Assembly (NCBI GenBank): GCA_018266175.1
Contig: JAFEAY010000010.1
Coordinates: 53,942-117,941 of the forward strand
Direction of reading: 5' to 3'
DNA length: 64,000 nucleotides
Origin: Candidatus Babelota bacterium
GTDB taxonomy: Bacteria; Babelota; Babeliae; Babelales; RVW-14
Both the position numbers and the translations under genes were made by a program. This document shows, one piece after another, positions 45,594-55,811 of this stretch. Under the pieces are notes generated by a model. The model had not been told where the DNA came from, did no database searches, and saw only the letters and a program-made list of their open reading frames with translations. Numbering within the stretch: position 1 is the first letter of the stretch; each line of letters opens with the position of its first letter.

Positions 45594-46115
45594 TTATTGA
45601 GATTCTTTTTCCTGAACAATTTTCAGCACTTCTTGTGCATGGCTTGCAACATCAACATTTGGTAAGATTGAAGAAATTTTGCCTTGAGGGTCAATTACAA
45701 AAGTCATGCGATACGGAACCGGAATAAACCACCAATTTTTTGCACCATATTTTTTTGCGGTTACTTTGTCTTTGTCGCTCAAAAGAATAAACGGCAAGTG
45801 GTATTTTTCTTTAAATTTTTTATGCGAATCAGGTGAATCATAATTAATGCCCAAGACAACAATATCCTGCTTTTCAAACTCTCCGAAATTATCTCTCAAC
45901 TGGCAGGCCTGCTTTCTGCAACCGGGAGTGTCATCTTTTGGATAAAAATATAAAACAACGTATTTACCCTTAAATTCAGTCAACGTACGGATTTTGTGAT
46001 CTTGGTCTGGTAGCATAAACTCTGGTGCTTGATTTCCTATTGATAAGGCGTTAACCCCAAATATCCCTATGCTCATTACTATTCCTAACAAACTGTTTTT
46101 TATAGTTTTCATCAA
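45594..46115 (-). CDS. bcp: Periplasmic/secreted peroxiredoxin, Bcp/PrxQ type
   Basis: Signal peptide. YFYPKDDTPGCRKQACQLRD peroxidatic Cys motif. Confidence 0.85.
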   Translation of the reverse strand: MMKTIKNSLLGIVMSIGIFGVNALSIGNQAPEFMLPDQDHKIRTLTEFKGKYVVLYFYPKDDTPGCRKQACQLRDNFGEFEKQDIVVLGINYDSPDSHKKFKEKYHLPFILLSDKDKVTAKKYGAKNWWFIPVPYRMTFVIDPQGKISSILPNVDVASHAQEVLKIVQEKESQ

Positions 46116-46316
46116 TACACCTTTTCACAAGACTGAGTAACCCGACATTGTCTTTTTTACGAAATCAACGAACTTTCCATCTGAAATCTTGTAATAGTTA
46201 CTGATTCCGGTTGTAAGTATAACAACCAAAAGTAAATTATCTTGGGTAAAATACATCTCTTTAAAATAAGACTTATCAACCGATATTACATCGAAACATG
46301 GATATGGAACTTCACT

Positions 46317-46709
46317 CTATAAATCATCTATTAATCCAATATATTTGAAGCTCTCCTTTTCAAATAAAATTGCAGCAGTATTTCCATTTGAAGAAACTTG
46401 AATATCCAAAATAGTACTTTGAAATAAACAATCTCGCAGAGACAATCTGTAACGCGCAATCCAAGAATCATATGATCTTTGATAATTTATTTTCTTTACT
46501 TCAACCTTATCGTTTTGCAAAAAAACAACTGCAAGTTTGTTTTTTTGATAGGCAACAAGGACTTTATTTGAATTTGGAATTTGAACTTGAAGCAAGATCT
46601 CGGGCAGGCCAAATGCTCTATTTGCTTGCTGAAGATTAAAATCCATTGCCTGGCAAAAAGCAACGCTTGTCCCTATGAGGATAGTAAAATAGCGTAAAAT
46701 TTTCTTCAT
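46317..46709 (-). CDS. Secreted hypothetical protein
   Basis: Signal peptide only. Confidence 0.4.
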   Translation of the reverse strand: MKKILRYFTILIGTSVAFCQAMDFNLQQANRAFGLPEILLQVQIPNSNKVLVAYQKNKLAVVFLQNDKVEVKKINYQRSYDSWIARYRLSLRDCLFQSTILDIQVSSNGNTAAILFEKESFKYIGLIDDL

Positions 46710-46803
46710 TTTTTATATTCCTTAATATTAGAGGTATAATCTATTCATACGTTTTATACCCTACCTAAACAAACATAACAAATAGCACGAAACAAACAAA
46801 ATT

Positions 46804-47421
46804 ATGCGCGTTAGAACACTCCTCAACCCTCTCAGCTGCCCTCAACGATTTTCAAAACAAAAATGGGCCGAAATATTTCCCCATTTCACCGGCACTCTTG
46901 ATGTCGAAGTTGGATTTGGAACCGGTAGTTTTTTAGATCAGTATGGTAAAGCAAACCCCACTCATGCGTTAGTAGGATTTGAGATACGAAAAAAATTGGT
47001 TGATGCTGCTCAAGAGCTCATCACCACAAGTAAATTAGACAATGTCTTTTTGGTCTGGGGCAATGCAAGCTTTGGACTTCACGATATGTTTGATGACAAC
47101 AGCATTGATCGAATTTTTGTCTTTCATCCAGACCCATGGCCAAAGAGGACACATCACAAACGACGCGTTATTAACCAAGATTTTCTAACGTTAGTTCAAA
47201 AAAAGCTCAAGCATAATGGTTGTCTTTATATCGCAACCGACGTACCAGAGCTTTGGGATGTCATGCTTAAAACAGTAAGTACTTCCGAAAAGTTTAAACC
47301 TGTTCAGGATGACTACTTCTGGGCAACGTTCTATAAAACTCGATGGAAAGAAATGAGCGAAGAGCACAATCGCACACTCTATTTTGGAACATTTCAAGCT
47401 CGAATGCAACCGCAACGATAA
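46804..47421 (+). CDS. trmB: tRNA (guanine46-N7)-methyltransferase
   Basis: LDVEVGFGTGSFL and FHPDPWPKRTHHKRR motifs. Confidence 0.85.
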   Translation: MRVRTLLNPLSCPQRFSKQKWAEIFPHFTGTLDVEVGFGTGSFLDQYGKANPTHALVGFEIRKKLVDAAQELITTSKLDNVFLVWGNASFGLHDMFDDNSIDRIFVFHPDPWPKRTHHKRRVINQDFLTLVQKKLKHNGCLYIATDVPELWDVMLKTVSTSEKFKPVQDDYFWATFYKTRWKEMSEEHNRTLYFGTFQARMQPQR

Positions 47422-47508
47422 TAGCTTCGAATATAATCACTTTCTTGAGATTGCATCATCTTGTTATCTATGCTTATGATTTCACTAGGCATCATACAAG
47501 AGGTATTA

Positions 47509-48420
47509 ATGAAGCTATTACAACTTTATAAAAAAGTTATCCACTGTTTACTTGGGGCTCTTTTTCTTGTAAACCCTATTTTTCCGGCTCAAGAAGAACA
47601 GAACAAAGACCTTTTCAACAACAAATTCAGCAACCATGTTACTGTTTTAAATAATGAGTACCATGCACTTGAAATATTACGGGAAGAAGAAAGTTCTCCA
47701 GTTCTTGAATGGCACAATACAGAACGGGAAAATCAGCTTGGTCTGACTAAACCAATAATTTTTATTAGCCTTGGAGCAAACTGCGCTCCTGCTCGACATT
47801 TTGAAAGAAACCATCTCACTGAAGCCTTTTTCCCTTTTGATTGGTGCATTTCAGAAGTTGAATCAGTGTACAAAGCGTTGGAAGAAGATTTTCATGGCTA
47901 TCTCAAACAAGAAAACTTAAAAATTTTTGAACTTGCGCCAAATGTAACACATCGCACCTTTCGCGATACATACTACAAAATAATTTATCCGCATGATTTT
48001 AGTCGAGATAAAGAACCATTGCATGATTATGAACAAATCAGAAACAAATATTATCGTCGTATTGATCGATTCTATCGAGCACTTTCTCTTGGTAAAAAGG
48101 TTTATTTTTTCAGAACCGGGATAACAAAAGAAGAAGCAAAAAAGCTTAATGCCCTTATAAGAAACAAATTCCCAAACCTGAATTACACTTTAATTGTTAT
48201 CAGTGACACTGAGGATTTTAAAAAACAATGGAAAATCAAGCGGCTAAGAAATTTTTTCATACAGGGCTTTCAAGACGCCACAATTTTGAATCGTAAACTT
48301 TTGCAAGACTGGGATGCCGTTTTTCAAAATCTCAAGATCATTCCAAAACCACAACAAAAAAAGCGTGGACTAACCCATTTACAACAAAGGAGAAGGATTT
48401 CTCGCTTGAATCAGTGCTAA
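47509..48420 (+). CDS. Secreted protein, paralog B of the GxNC / HDF-motif family
   Basis: IIFISLGANCAPARHFERNHLTEAFFPFDW, IIYPHDF and HDYEQIRNKYYRRIDRFYRAL. Signal peptide from the internal ATG. Confidence 0.6.
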   Translation: MKLLQLYKKVIHCLLGALFLVNPIFPAQEEQNKDLFNNKFSNHVTVLNNEYHALEILREEESSPVLEWHNTERENQLGLTKPIIFISLGANCAPARHFERNHLTEAFFPFDWCISEVESVYKALEEDFHGYLKQENLKIFELAPNVTHRTFRDTYYKIIYPHDFSRDKEPLHDYEQIRNKYYRRIDRFYRALSLGKKVYFFRTGITKEEAKKLNALIRNKFPNLNYTLIVISDTEDFKKQWKIKRLRNFFIQGFQDATILNRKLLQDWDAVFQNLKIIPKPQQKKRGLTHLQQRRRISRLNQC

Positions 48421-48488
48421 TTCTGCTTATCATTTTTCAAATTTTTCTTTGCTATCAGCTATAAACCGTGGAACAACTAAACTCATTT

Positions 48489-50279
48489 TCAACTCAAAAT
48501 GCAATCAAGACGCTCTTCACAACCAATCAAACAATCAACCGCCTCTTGAAATGAAATATTTTTCAATAGCATGACACTTGCAATTTTAACAGTTGATGGT
48601 AAGTATATCGATTGTGTTGTTTCAATATACTTTCTTTGAGCTTGAACCTTTTCTACCATTATGTTCACTTCATCATAAGAAGGCACAACCTTTGCAGGAG
48701 CTTGCAACGCATACACCTCTCGAATAATGCGCACGGTTCTATCAAAAAGTTTTTTATTTGATGCGCACACATCAATCATCAAATTTCCGCATACTTTACC
48801 CATCTTGATCATCGCAGCATTGGAAATGAGATTAAGTATTTGCTTAGTTGCCATCGACTGCACGCATGGCGATAATATACCTCCAAGGAAAATGCTCGTA
48901 TTGACCATCTTTTCTAATGAAGCTGGTTTGAGTCCAGACGATACCTGAATCAACGCAGTTTGACCACCTCGTTGCTGCAACTCTAGCACTGCATTTTCAA
49001 TGATCTTTTTATCATCAGCATCGTTCACAACAACTATGACAATATTTCCAACTCCTACTGGTCGCGCTAAAAAGCTTTCTTGTGCACCTTGGTTCACACC
49101 GCCTAAAATTACGTCAGCCACATCTTTAAGCTCTTCATCAGTCAACACGCGATTAGAAACCCGTTGCCACGCATCAGCATTGCTCTCAGCACCCAGAATA
49201 AATGCTCTGAATTCAGGGCGCTTGCCAACTTCATTGCTCCCACGCGTAGGGTTAATTGAAAATGTTGGACTGAGCTCAACACTGTCAGTAATAATTTCAC
49301 GTAAAAAGTTCATGCCAAGATAGGTAATGTACCCACAATTGGTCTCATCTTTAATTTTTCTGAAATTGGCATGCGGGGATGAAAGCACCAGAACAACACC
49401 TTCAATAATTTTTGCAATCTCTGGAATAATGGTGCGTATTTCCAGACAGGCTTTTTCAAAATCAATAATCAGTTGATCCGCAATTTTTTGAGCTGTGTCT
49501 TCTTTACCTGCAAGCTGATCTACAACAGCAAGCAACGTCATACTTAGAGCAACGTTGGTTGCTGTTGCAGCTTGCAGACGCGTTGAGCCTTTAATTGCTT
49601 GAGGCTGAGTGGCAATTTTGACGGGAATAATTCCTTGTGCAAAAAGCGCTTCAGCTTTGGGCAATGTTTCCGGAACATTAAGAATGTGATAACAAAGGGC
49701 ACCGCACTGTAAGGCGGCCAGCGCTGCGCCATGATTAAATGCGGCTGATCCACTTGCTGAAAGCAAAAAGACTGTATCGTTTGCGTTAAGATTGCGCGAA
49801 GTAAGTGCCAACGCACCCTCTTGCTCAGAATCTTCAAAACCTTCTTTTGCACGAATAAAAGCACGCAACCCACCAGCAATAATGCCAATAACTCGATTTT
49901 GATATTCACCAAATTTTGGGTTTCTTGATCTTTTGCATAACTCATTCCACTGCGCCGTCAGATTAAGCGCAATACGTCCACTGGAGCCAGATCCTAAAAA
50001 AAAGATTCGTCCATTATTTTGTATAGTTTTTATAATTTGAGTAACAATATTTTGATACTGCTCTGCTTGAAAAGTACGTAAGCTAGAGATAACCGAGTAA
50101 TCAATGTCATTCAATAGACGTAACCCATCTTCGGTATTGCTCATTAAAACAGAACTCAAATTTTTTGTCTTAGGATGCGCCTGCTCGGTAACAAGATCGG
50201 CATAATCAAGCGGCCGTACCATCACAGTGCTGTTCACAAGCATGAATAACATCACTACAAAAAAATTATTCTTCATCAT
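48489..50279 (-). CDS. GCKR-like double-SIS-domain protein (MurQ-like etherase fold, tandem) with an N-terminal signal-like sequence
   Basis: GRIFFLGSGSSGRIAL and SASGSAAFNHGAALAAL SIS motifs. MurQ-like C-terminus GKVCGNLMIDVCASNKKLFDRTVRI. At 596 aa it is about twice MurQ length. Confidence 0.7.
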   Translation of the reverse strand: MMKNNFFVVMLFMLVNSTVMVRPLDYADLVTEQAHPKTKNLSSVLMSNTEDGLRLLNDIDYSVISSLRTFQAEQYQNIVTQIIKTIQNNGRIFFLGSGSSGRIALNLTAQWNELCKRSRNPKFGEYQNRVIGIIAGGLRAFIRAKEGFEDSEQEGALALTSRNLNANDTVFLLSASGSAAFNHGAALAALQCGALCYHILNVPETLPKAEALFAQGIIPVKIATQPQAIKGSTRLQAATATNVALSMTLLAVVDQLAGKEDTAQKIADQLIIDFEKACLEIRTIIPEIAKIIEGVVLVLSSPHANFRKIKDETNCGYITYLGMNFLREIITDSVELSPTFSINPTRGSNEVGKRPEFRAFILGAESNADAWQRVSNRVLTDEELKDVADVILGGVNQGAQESFLARPVGVGNIVIVVVNDADDKKIIENAVLELQQRGGQTALIQVSSGLKPASLEKMVNTSIFLGGILSPCVQSMATKQILNLISNAAMIKMGKVCGNLMIDVCASNKKLFDRTVRIIREVYALQAPAKVVPSYDEVNIMVEKVQAQRKYIETTQSIYLPSTVKIASVMLLKNISFQEAVDCLIGCEERLDCILS

Positions 50280-50385
50280 ACAATATTCCCTTAATAGCTT
50301 TAAAAATAACGTTTATCCTAAAAGATAAGATAAAAAAATATATCTTGCTATAACTATAAGACGTTAATTTTCAAAGGAAAAAGTA

Positions 50386-51810
50386 ATGAAATATTTAAAA
50401 AATTTTTTTTTATTAGTGGTATTTATGATGAAAAACATTGCATGCACTGAGCATAAAAAAGTGGTTGTTATCGGCGCTGGTATAGCAGGCTTAACAACGG
50501 CATACCGTCTTGCTCAAAATGGTATTGACGTTCACCTTTACGAAGCAAAGCCCCGTGTTGGAGGTCGAATACTCACCGCACTTGTTGATGGCCATATCGC
50601 TGAGCTTGGTGGACAAAATATTTTTGACGGTGCACCCGCTACAAATATGATCAACTTAATCAACGAGCTCGGGCTCACACTCAACTATGACAAGATCCAC
50701 TTTGCCCCCCATTACGTTGATAATAACAAACTGACCGCATTGTCTGAACTTTTGAGTAAGCATAACTTGAACCTAGAAAAGCTTGAAGTACAATTAAATG
50801 AACTGGCACTCTCGTCAAGCTCACTGCGCGTAGTACTTGATCAACTTTTGAACCCAGAAGACCCGGTCAACAAGTGTGTAAGTACCATGATTGCTGGATA
50901 CGAAGGCACTCCTCTTGAAAATCTATCACCACGGTATACTGAAACACTTATGCACATGCTCCTGGGCGGTGTCTGCACAGCTCACTCTTTTGAAGAAATC
51001 GACAATAACCGTTACTTCGATCATCTGACCATCACGGGAGGCAATAGCCTCTTGCCACAGGCGCTTGCGCAACAGCTTGATGATCGAGTTCATCTAAACA
51101 TGCCTTTAAAATGGGTTTCGCAAAGTGCTTCTGGCCAATACCAACTTACATTTCAAGACGGACAAGTAGTTCACGCAGATGTGCTCGTACTTGCAAACCC
51201 TTGCTCAACATACGGTGATATTAATTTTGAATCGAATGTTATACCCGAAAGTAAGCTGACTGCAATTCGCCACGTGCAGTACGGTACTAATGCAAAGATT
51301 CTTGTGCCACTCACCGGAAACTACCAAACTAAAGTTCAAACAATTGGTGATGACATTGGAACACATTTTAATGCCGATGAAACAGTGCTCACCATTTACT
51401 GTACAAAAGATTTAGGTTTTTATACGGCACAAAACATAGCGGAGTTGTACACGTCAAAGCTACCCCATTTAAAACTTATTTATGATGAAGAGAATTTACC
51501 AACATCTACACCTACCATTGCACGCGATGAGCCTTTTGCTCAGTATAAAACTCCTGTTGGGCACAGTTGGCCAAATGATCCTTATATCAAAGGTTCGTAT
51601 CACAACATTGCACCAGGACAAGAAGAAGTACTCACCGCACTTCAGGAGCTCGATCGCGAAATGGTCAAAACACTTTTTGCACCCATTGATGGCAAACTCT
51701 TTTTTGCCGGCGAGCATGCATCAATTCTTATGGATGTTCCCGGAACACTTGAAGCTGCTTGTGAGTCAGGAGAGCGCACAGCTCGAATGATTCAAAGGTT
51801 GATTTCTTAG
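50386..51810 (+). CDS. Flavin-containing amine oxidase family oxidoreductase, secreted
   Basis: KVVVIGAGIAGLTTAYRLAQNGIDVHLYEAKPRVGGR dinucleotide-binding motif. Signal-like N-terminus. Confidence 0.8.
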   Translation: MKYLKNFFLLVVFMMKNIACTEHKKVVVIGAGIAGLTTAYRLAQNGIDVHLYEAKPRVGGRILTALVDGHIAELGGQNIFDGAPATNMINLINELGLTLNYDKIHFAPHYVDNNKLTALSELLSKHNLNLEKLEVQLNELALSSSSLRVVLDQLLNPEDPVNKCVSTMIAGYEGTPLENLSPRYTETLMHMLLGGVCTAHSFEEIDNNRYFDHLTITGGNSLLPQALAQQLDDRVHLNMPLKWVSQSASGQYQLTFQDGQVVHADVLVLANPCSTYGDINFESNVIPESKLTAIRHVQYGTNAKILVPLTGNYQTKVQTIGDDIGTHFNADETVLTIYCTKDLGFYTAQNIAELYTSKLPHLKLIYDEENLPTSTPTIARDEPFAQYKTPVGHSWPNDPYIKGSYHNIAPGQEEVLTALQELDREMVKTLFAPIDGKLFFAGEHASILMDVPGTLEAACESGERTARMIQRLIS

Positions 51811-51880
51811 ATCTACATACGGTAATTTTGTTACAAGAAAAGTTTATTTATCAGATAGCCATAACGAGGGAGAAAAAGTC

Positions 51881-52537
51881 ATGAAGTACATACCGTATTT
51901 ATTTCTTTGCGTAATAACTATTTTTAGCAGTGTGTTTGGAGACATAGTTGTACACGATGGAACACTTGAAGACTGGGAGGCTTGCTGCCAGATTGCACAA
52001 ACAATGCATATACCACTGATCAATGAACTCAAAGATACGCTCCCATGGCTAGTAGTAAAAGCGTTCGGTTTATCAAATCCCGAAAAACATATGACAAAGC
52101 GACTCAATCTGGCAAAAGAAGAAATATTTTCCAAAAAAACCACTAAGCTCTTTGTTCTCCATGAGACTAATCAAGACGATAACAATCCAAAAATTCTAGG
52201 CTTCTTTTCATTCACTATAAACAGTCAGGATAGCAACATTGCTCATACCAGCAGATATGGTTATATCGAGCAAGAGATAAGCCCTGAAGCCTTTAGCACA
52301 GCCTGCAAAGAGTATTTTGTTAGTGATGAAAAGTACAACAATATAAAGCATCTCCTTACTGTTGATCTCTATCCTTCAGCACAAGGGGAAATAATGAACA
52401 AATACAGAGCTCAAACCGAATCATTCGGTTTTAAGAAATGCCAACACGCACGAGGACTTGATCACTTGCCGTTTTTAATGAAAATACCAGCGGAATATCT
52501 TTTTGGGGCTCAGGTATACATTCTTGATTTAGAATAA
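51881..52537 (+). CDS. Secreted hypothetical protein
   Basis: Good ribosome-binding site (GGGAGAAAAAG). Signal peptide. Confidence 0.45.
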   Translation: MKYIPYLFLCVITIFSSVFGDIVVHDGTLEDWEACCQIAQTMHIPLINELKDTLPWLVVKAFGLSNPEKHMTKRLNLAKEEIFSKKTTKLFVLHETNQDDNNPKILGFFSFTINSQDSNIAHTSRYGYIEQEISPEAFSTACKEYFVSDEKYNNIKHLLTVDLYPSAQGEIMNKYRAQTESFGFKKCQHARGLDHLPFLMKIPAEYLFGAQVYILDLE

Positions 52538-52594
52538 CTGAAGCAACAAATTCAGTAGTTCACATGTCGCATTTTAAGAAGATTATCCTGTTTT

Positions 52595-53755
52595 TCATGA
52601 AGATAATGGAGCATTGGGACAAATTATTTTAAGAAAATCTTCGCATGGCAGACAAAGCACATTATTCTTCAGCAACCGCTCCTTGCCTCGATAAAGCAAA
52701 ATAACTTTTGCCTCGGGATAATCTTCTTGAAATTCGACAAGAGATTTAAGATCTTCAGAGCGTATCTTTTCAGCATTTTTAACTTCTATTGCCCAAAAAC
52801 CAAGTGCCCCAAAAACAACAAAATCGACTTCAAGACCCGATCTTGTACGCCAAAAGCTTATCTCATGTTTTTCAGATGTATAATCTTTCCATGCCATGAG
52901 ATGCTGCAGAACAAGCCCCTCCAGACCAGCACCATTAACTTCTGATTCGCTATCTTTTATAGACCTTGGTCGCAATGCACGATAAACACCCACATCAAAA
53001 AGATAAAATTTAGGATGTGCACTTAACTCTCGCTTAGCTCTCTGGGTAAAAACATTAATCTGATAACAAATGAGAAGGTCTTCTAAAATAGAAATCCAGT
53101 CACTTACGGTGGTTCGTTTTACATGACATTCACGAGCAATGTTTGTGATATTCAAAATAGATCCATGTGAAAGACTCATAATATGAAGAAATCGAGTAAA
53201 CGATTCGTAATGACGAATCAACCCCTCCATCTTGACCTCTTCTTCTAGATAAAGACTGATATAAGCTTGAAGCGTTTCAAGTGCATCTTCATGAGCAAAA
53301 CGAAGAGGAAGAAGTCCATAAGATAAAGCTTGCTCAAGATTAAAATGCTGCTTAAGCTCAGATGCCATAAATGGATGTAGTACCTTTCTTAATGCACGAC
53401 CTCCAAGCAAATCTACGCCCTGCCGCTTGAGCTTTCGCGCGCTAGAACCGGTAAGAATGAATCTCCATTTGCGCTTCTTTTCAATGAGCATATGAACAAT
53501 AGAAAGGAGCTCTGGAATCTTTTGAATTTCATCGATAATGATAGTAGCACCATCTGGCTGTGCACTTACAAGTTCAGTAAGATGATCTGGATTTGCTGAA
53601 AGTCGATAGCGAACATCGGCAAGGCGTAAATCGATTAAAAGAGCATCAGGATTGTTTTTCACGGTCATGGTCGATTTTCCAGTACCCCGAGGTCCGAAGA
53701 GAAAATAGCTCTGTTCTGGTTCCTTAAAAGCTCTTTTTATATACTTAAAATCCAT
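52595..53755 (-). CDS. AAA+ ATPase of the DUF4143/COG1373 type, paralog 2
   Basis: FLFGPRGTGKSTM Walker A and IIDEIQK Walker B. Similar to 4042..5364. Confidence 0.75.
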   Translation of the reverse strand: MDFKYIKRAFKEPEQSYFLFGPRGTGKSTMTVKNNPDALLIDLRLADVRYRLSANPDHLTELVSAQPDGATIIIDEIQKIPELLSIVHMLIEKKRKWRFILTGSSARKLKRQGVDLLGGRALRKVLHPFMASELKQHFNLEQALSYGLLPLRFAHEDALETLQAYISLYLEEEVKMEGLIRHYESFTRFLHIMSLSHGSILNITNIARECHVKRTTVSDWISILEDLLICYQINVFTQRAKRELSAHPKFYLFDVGVYRALRPRSIKDSESEVNGAGLEGLVLQHLMAWKDYTSEKHEISFWRTRSGLEVDFVVFGALGFWAIEVKNAEKIRSEDLKSLVEFQEDYPEAKVILLYRGKERLLKNNVLCLPCEDFLKIICPNAPLSS

Positions 53756-53796
53756 GTTAACCCTTAAACTTATGCCAAACTAACCTCGCTTTAAAC

Positions 53797-53857
53797 GCAA
53801 AATGACGGCGCTACCGTCAATTTGCGTCTCATTATGACGGTAGCGCCGTCATTTTGC
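53797..53857. repeat. 23-bp perfect inverted repeat (gcaaaatgacggcgctaccgtca / tgacggtagcgccgtcattttgc) with a 15-nt loop, upstream of the DUF4143 gene
   Basis: GC-rich hairpin. No flanking T-run on either strand. Confidence 0.8.
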
Positions 53858-53920
53858 AAGAAAATTACCCTGAACATACCTAAAACCATGTAAAATCTCA
53901 TAAATCAGGAGAGCGCACAG

Positions 53921-55777
53921 CTATGAAGCTACTTGGCAAAAACCTGCGGGTTGCTTATTAAGATTGTTATGAATATAGAGATCAATCACTTCTTCTAGAA
54001 CCACGAGTGGAGCTGCACCCAGTGTTAAAATAACATCATGAAATTCACGAATATCAAAATCATTGCCCAGCGCAGAGCGAGCACGCTGACGAAGTTCAAG
54101 AATTTTAAGTTGCCCAATTTTATAAGCGCATGCTTGACCTGGCCATACAAAATAGCGCTCTACTTCAGTAACAATTGAATCTTGATGGTAACCAGTTGCT
54201 TCTTTCATGTAGGCAATTGCTTGTTCCCTGGTCCAGCGCTTCTTATGAATGCCAGTATCAACAACAAGCCGCGCTGCGCGCAACAGCTCATCTTGAAGAT
54301 GACCAAGCTTTGCTGCAACTGAAGAATAAAAATTCTCTTCGTATGCAAGTTTTTCTACATACAAAGCCCACCCTTCAATAAAAGCAGTATACGTTCCTAA
54401 CTTACGCTGTAACGGAATATCCATTTCCATTTGAAGCGAGAGCTGAAAATGGTGCCCAGGCTCTGCTTCATGCACCGTAAGCGTTTCCATTTCATACCGA
54501 GGAAGCTCTTTCATCGAGCGAAGGTTAACAAAAAAAGTTCCTGGGCGAACACCGTCAATACTTGGCCTTGCGTAATATGCTCCGGCCATTCCATCTTCTT
54601 CATGCAGAGGGACCGCTTTGATGTGCACCAATTTTTTAGGCTTACAATTAAATAAATGAGAAAGTTGTCTTCGACACCTGGCTAAAATTGTTTCAAATTC
54701 AGCCAAGCAAGCAGCTCGACCTGCAGCAGTTTCAGGATAATAAAAGTCAGGATTCCGGCTATAAATTTGCATGAGCTTTCCAACACTACTCCTTGAATCT
54801 ACAACTCCTTCTTGGGTGAGTAAAACTCTCATTTCTTTATGTATTTTATACACTTCTTGCAACCCAAGTTCATGAATTTCATCAGCTGACAATGGTACTG
54901 TTGTATGCTTTTCAAGCATATATTCATAGTATCGATCACCATCAGGAAGAGCCCACACTCCGTGATGAGAATGCGATGCACGTAAAATTTTAGTACAGCA
55001 TTCCTTTAAACGTTCATACGCTTGGTAAACAGAGGTTTCAATGACAATTTGAGCGCGCTCAAGATAGAAACTTTTCTGCTTTGAATTGATAGTTTCAATC
55101 AGCTTTGCAAAATGCGAATAAAAGATGTTCTCCGTTATCAAACGAGGAGTCATTTTTTTAATTATGTTGATCACTTTTTCCATTGCAAAAGCAGGAAGCA
55201 TAATCCCTTTACTCTTTTGATAATCAAGAAGTTCTATGGTTTGCTCAAGGTATTCTGGAATTATCTTGAGACGTGCAAGATACGACTCAACGTCGCGCGA
55301 ACTCTTAAGCGAATGAATACTGGTAAAAAGAGAGGTTATATTTGAGAGGATTCCAAAAATCTGCGTAACTCGATATTCATGAAACAAAAAACTTTCTCCT
55401 GCAACAGCTCTCCTTAATTCCCAATGAAATATTTTATAAGAAATCCGATCTTGCAAAGAAATCATCTTGCTTTCATTTTTTTCTAAGGTCTTGAGTAATT
55501 CTTTTTTACGCTCAAAACCTTGAAGTATATTTTTACAAGAGACATCATTAAGCAACGTATTTTGCTGATAGTTTGCAAACTGATCGAAAAAACCACGGTG
55601 CGGCAGCCATTGGTAACTATCAAGAGTATCTGCTGCAAAGAGTTGATTAAACCAAGAATTTTGAGTCCCATGGTCTTGTGAAAATCCTGAGAAAAAAAGA
55701 GTTGATAAGCACGTAAAAATTATACATTTACCATAAATTGGTTGTAACATTCCCTCAGCCTCTCTATGCGCTCTCAA
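53921..55777 (-). CDS. DUF885-family protein (HExxPGHH motif), probably secreted
   Basis: HEAEPGHHFQLSLQ motif. ~600 aa typical of DUF885. Confidence 0.65.
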   Translation of the reverse strand: MRAHREAEGMLQPIYGKCIIFTCLSTLFFSGFSQDHGTQNSWFNQLFAADTLDSYQWLPHRGFFDQFANYQQNTLLNDVSCKNILQGFERKKELLKTLEKNESKMISLQDRISYKIFHWELRRAVAGESFLFHEYRVTQIFGILSNITSLFTSIHSLKSSRDVESYLARLKIIPEYLEQTIELLDYQKSKGIMLPAFAMEKVINIIKKMTPRLITENIFYSHFAKLIETINSKQKSFYLERAQIVIETSVYQAYERLKECCTKILRASHSHHGVWALPDGDRYYEYMLEKHTTVPLSADEIHELGLQEVYKIHKEMRVLLTQEGVVDSRSSVGKLMQIYSRNPDFYYPETAAGRAACLAEFETILARCRRQLSHLFNCKPKKLVHIKAVPLHEEDGMAGAYYARPSIDGVRPGTFFVNLRSMKELPRYEMETLTVHEAEPGHHFQLSLQMEMDIPLQRKLGTYTAFIEGWALYVEKLAYEENFYSSVAAKLGHLQDELLRAARLVVDTGIHKKRWTREQAIAYMKEATGYHQDSIVTEVERYFVWPGQACAYKIGQLKILELRQRARSALGNDFDIREFHDVILTLGAAPLVVLEEVIDLYIHNNLNKQPAGFCQVAS

Positions 55778-55811
55778 CTTCTTTTTAAAAAATCCTAAAA
55801 AGGATAACTAC

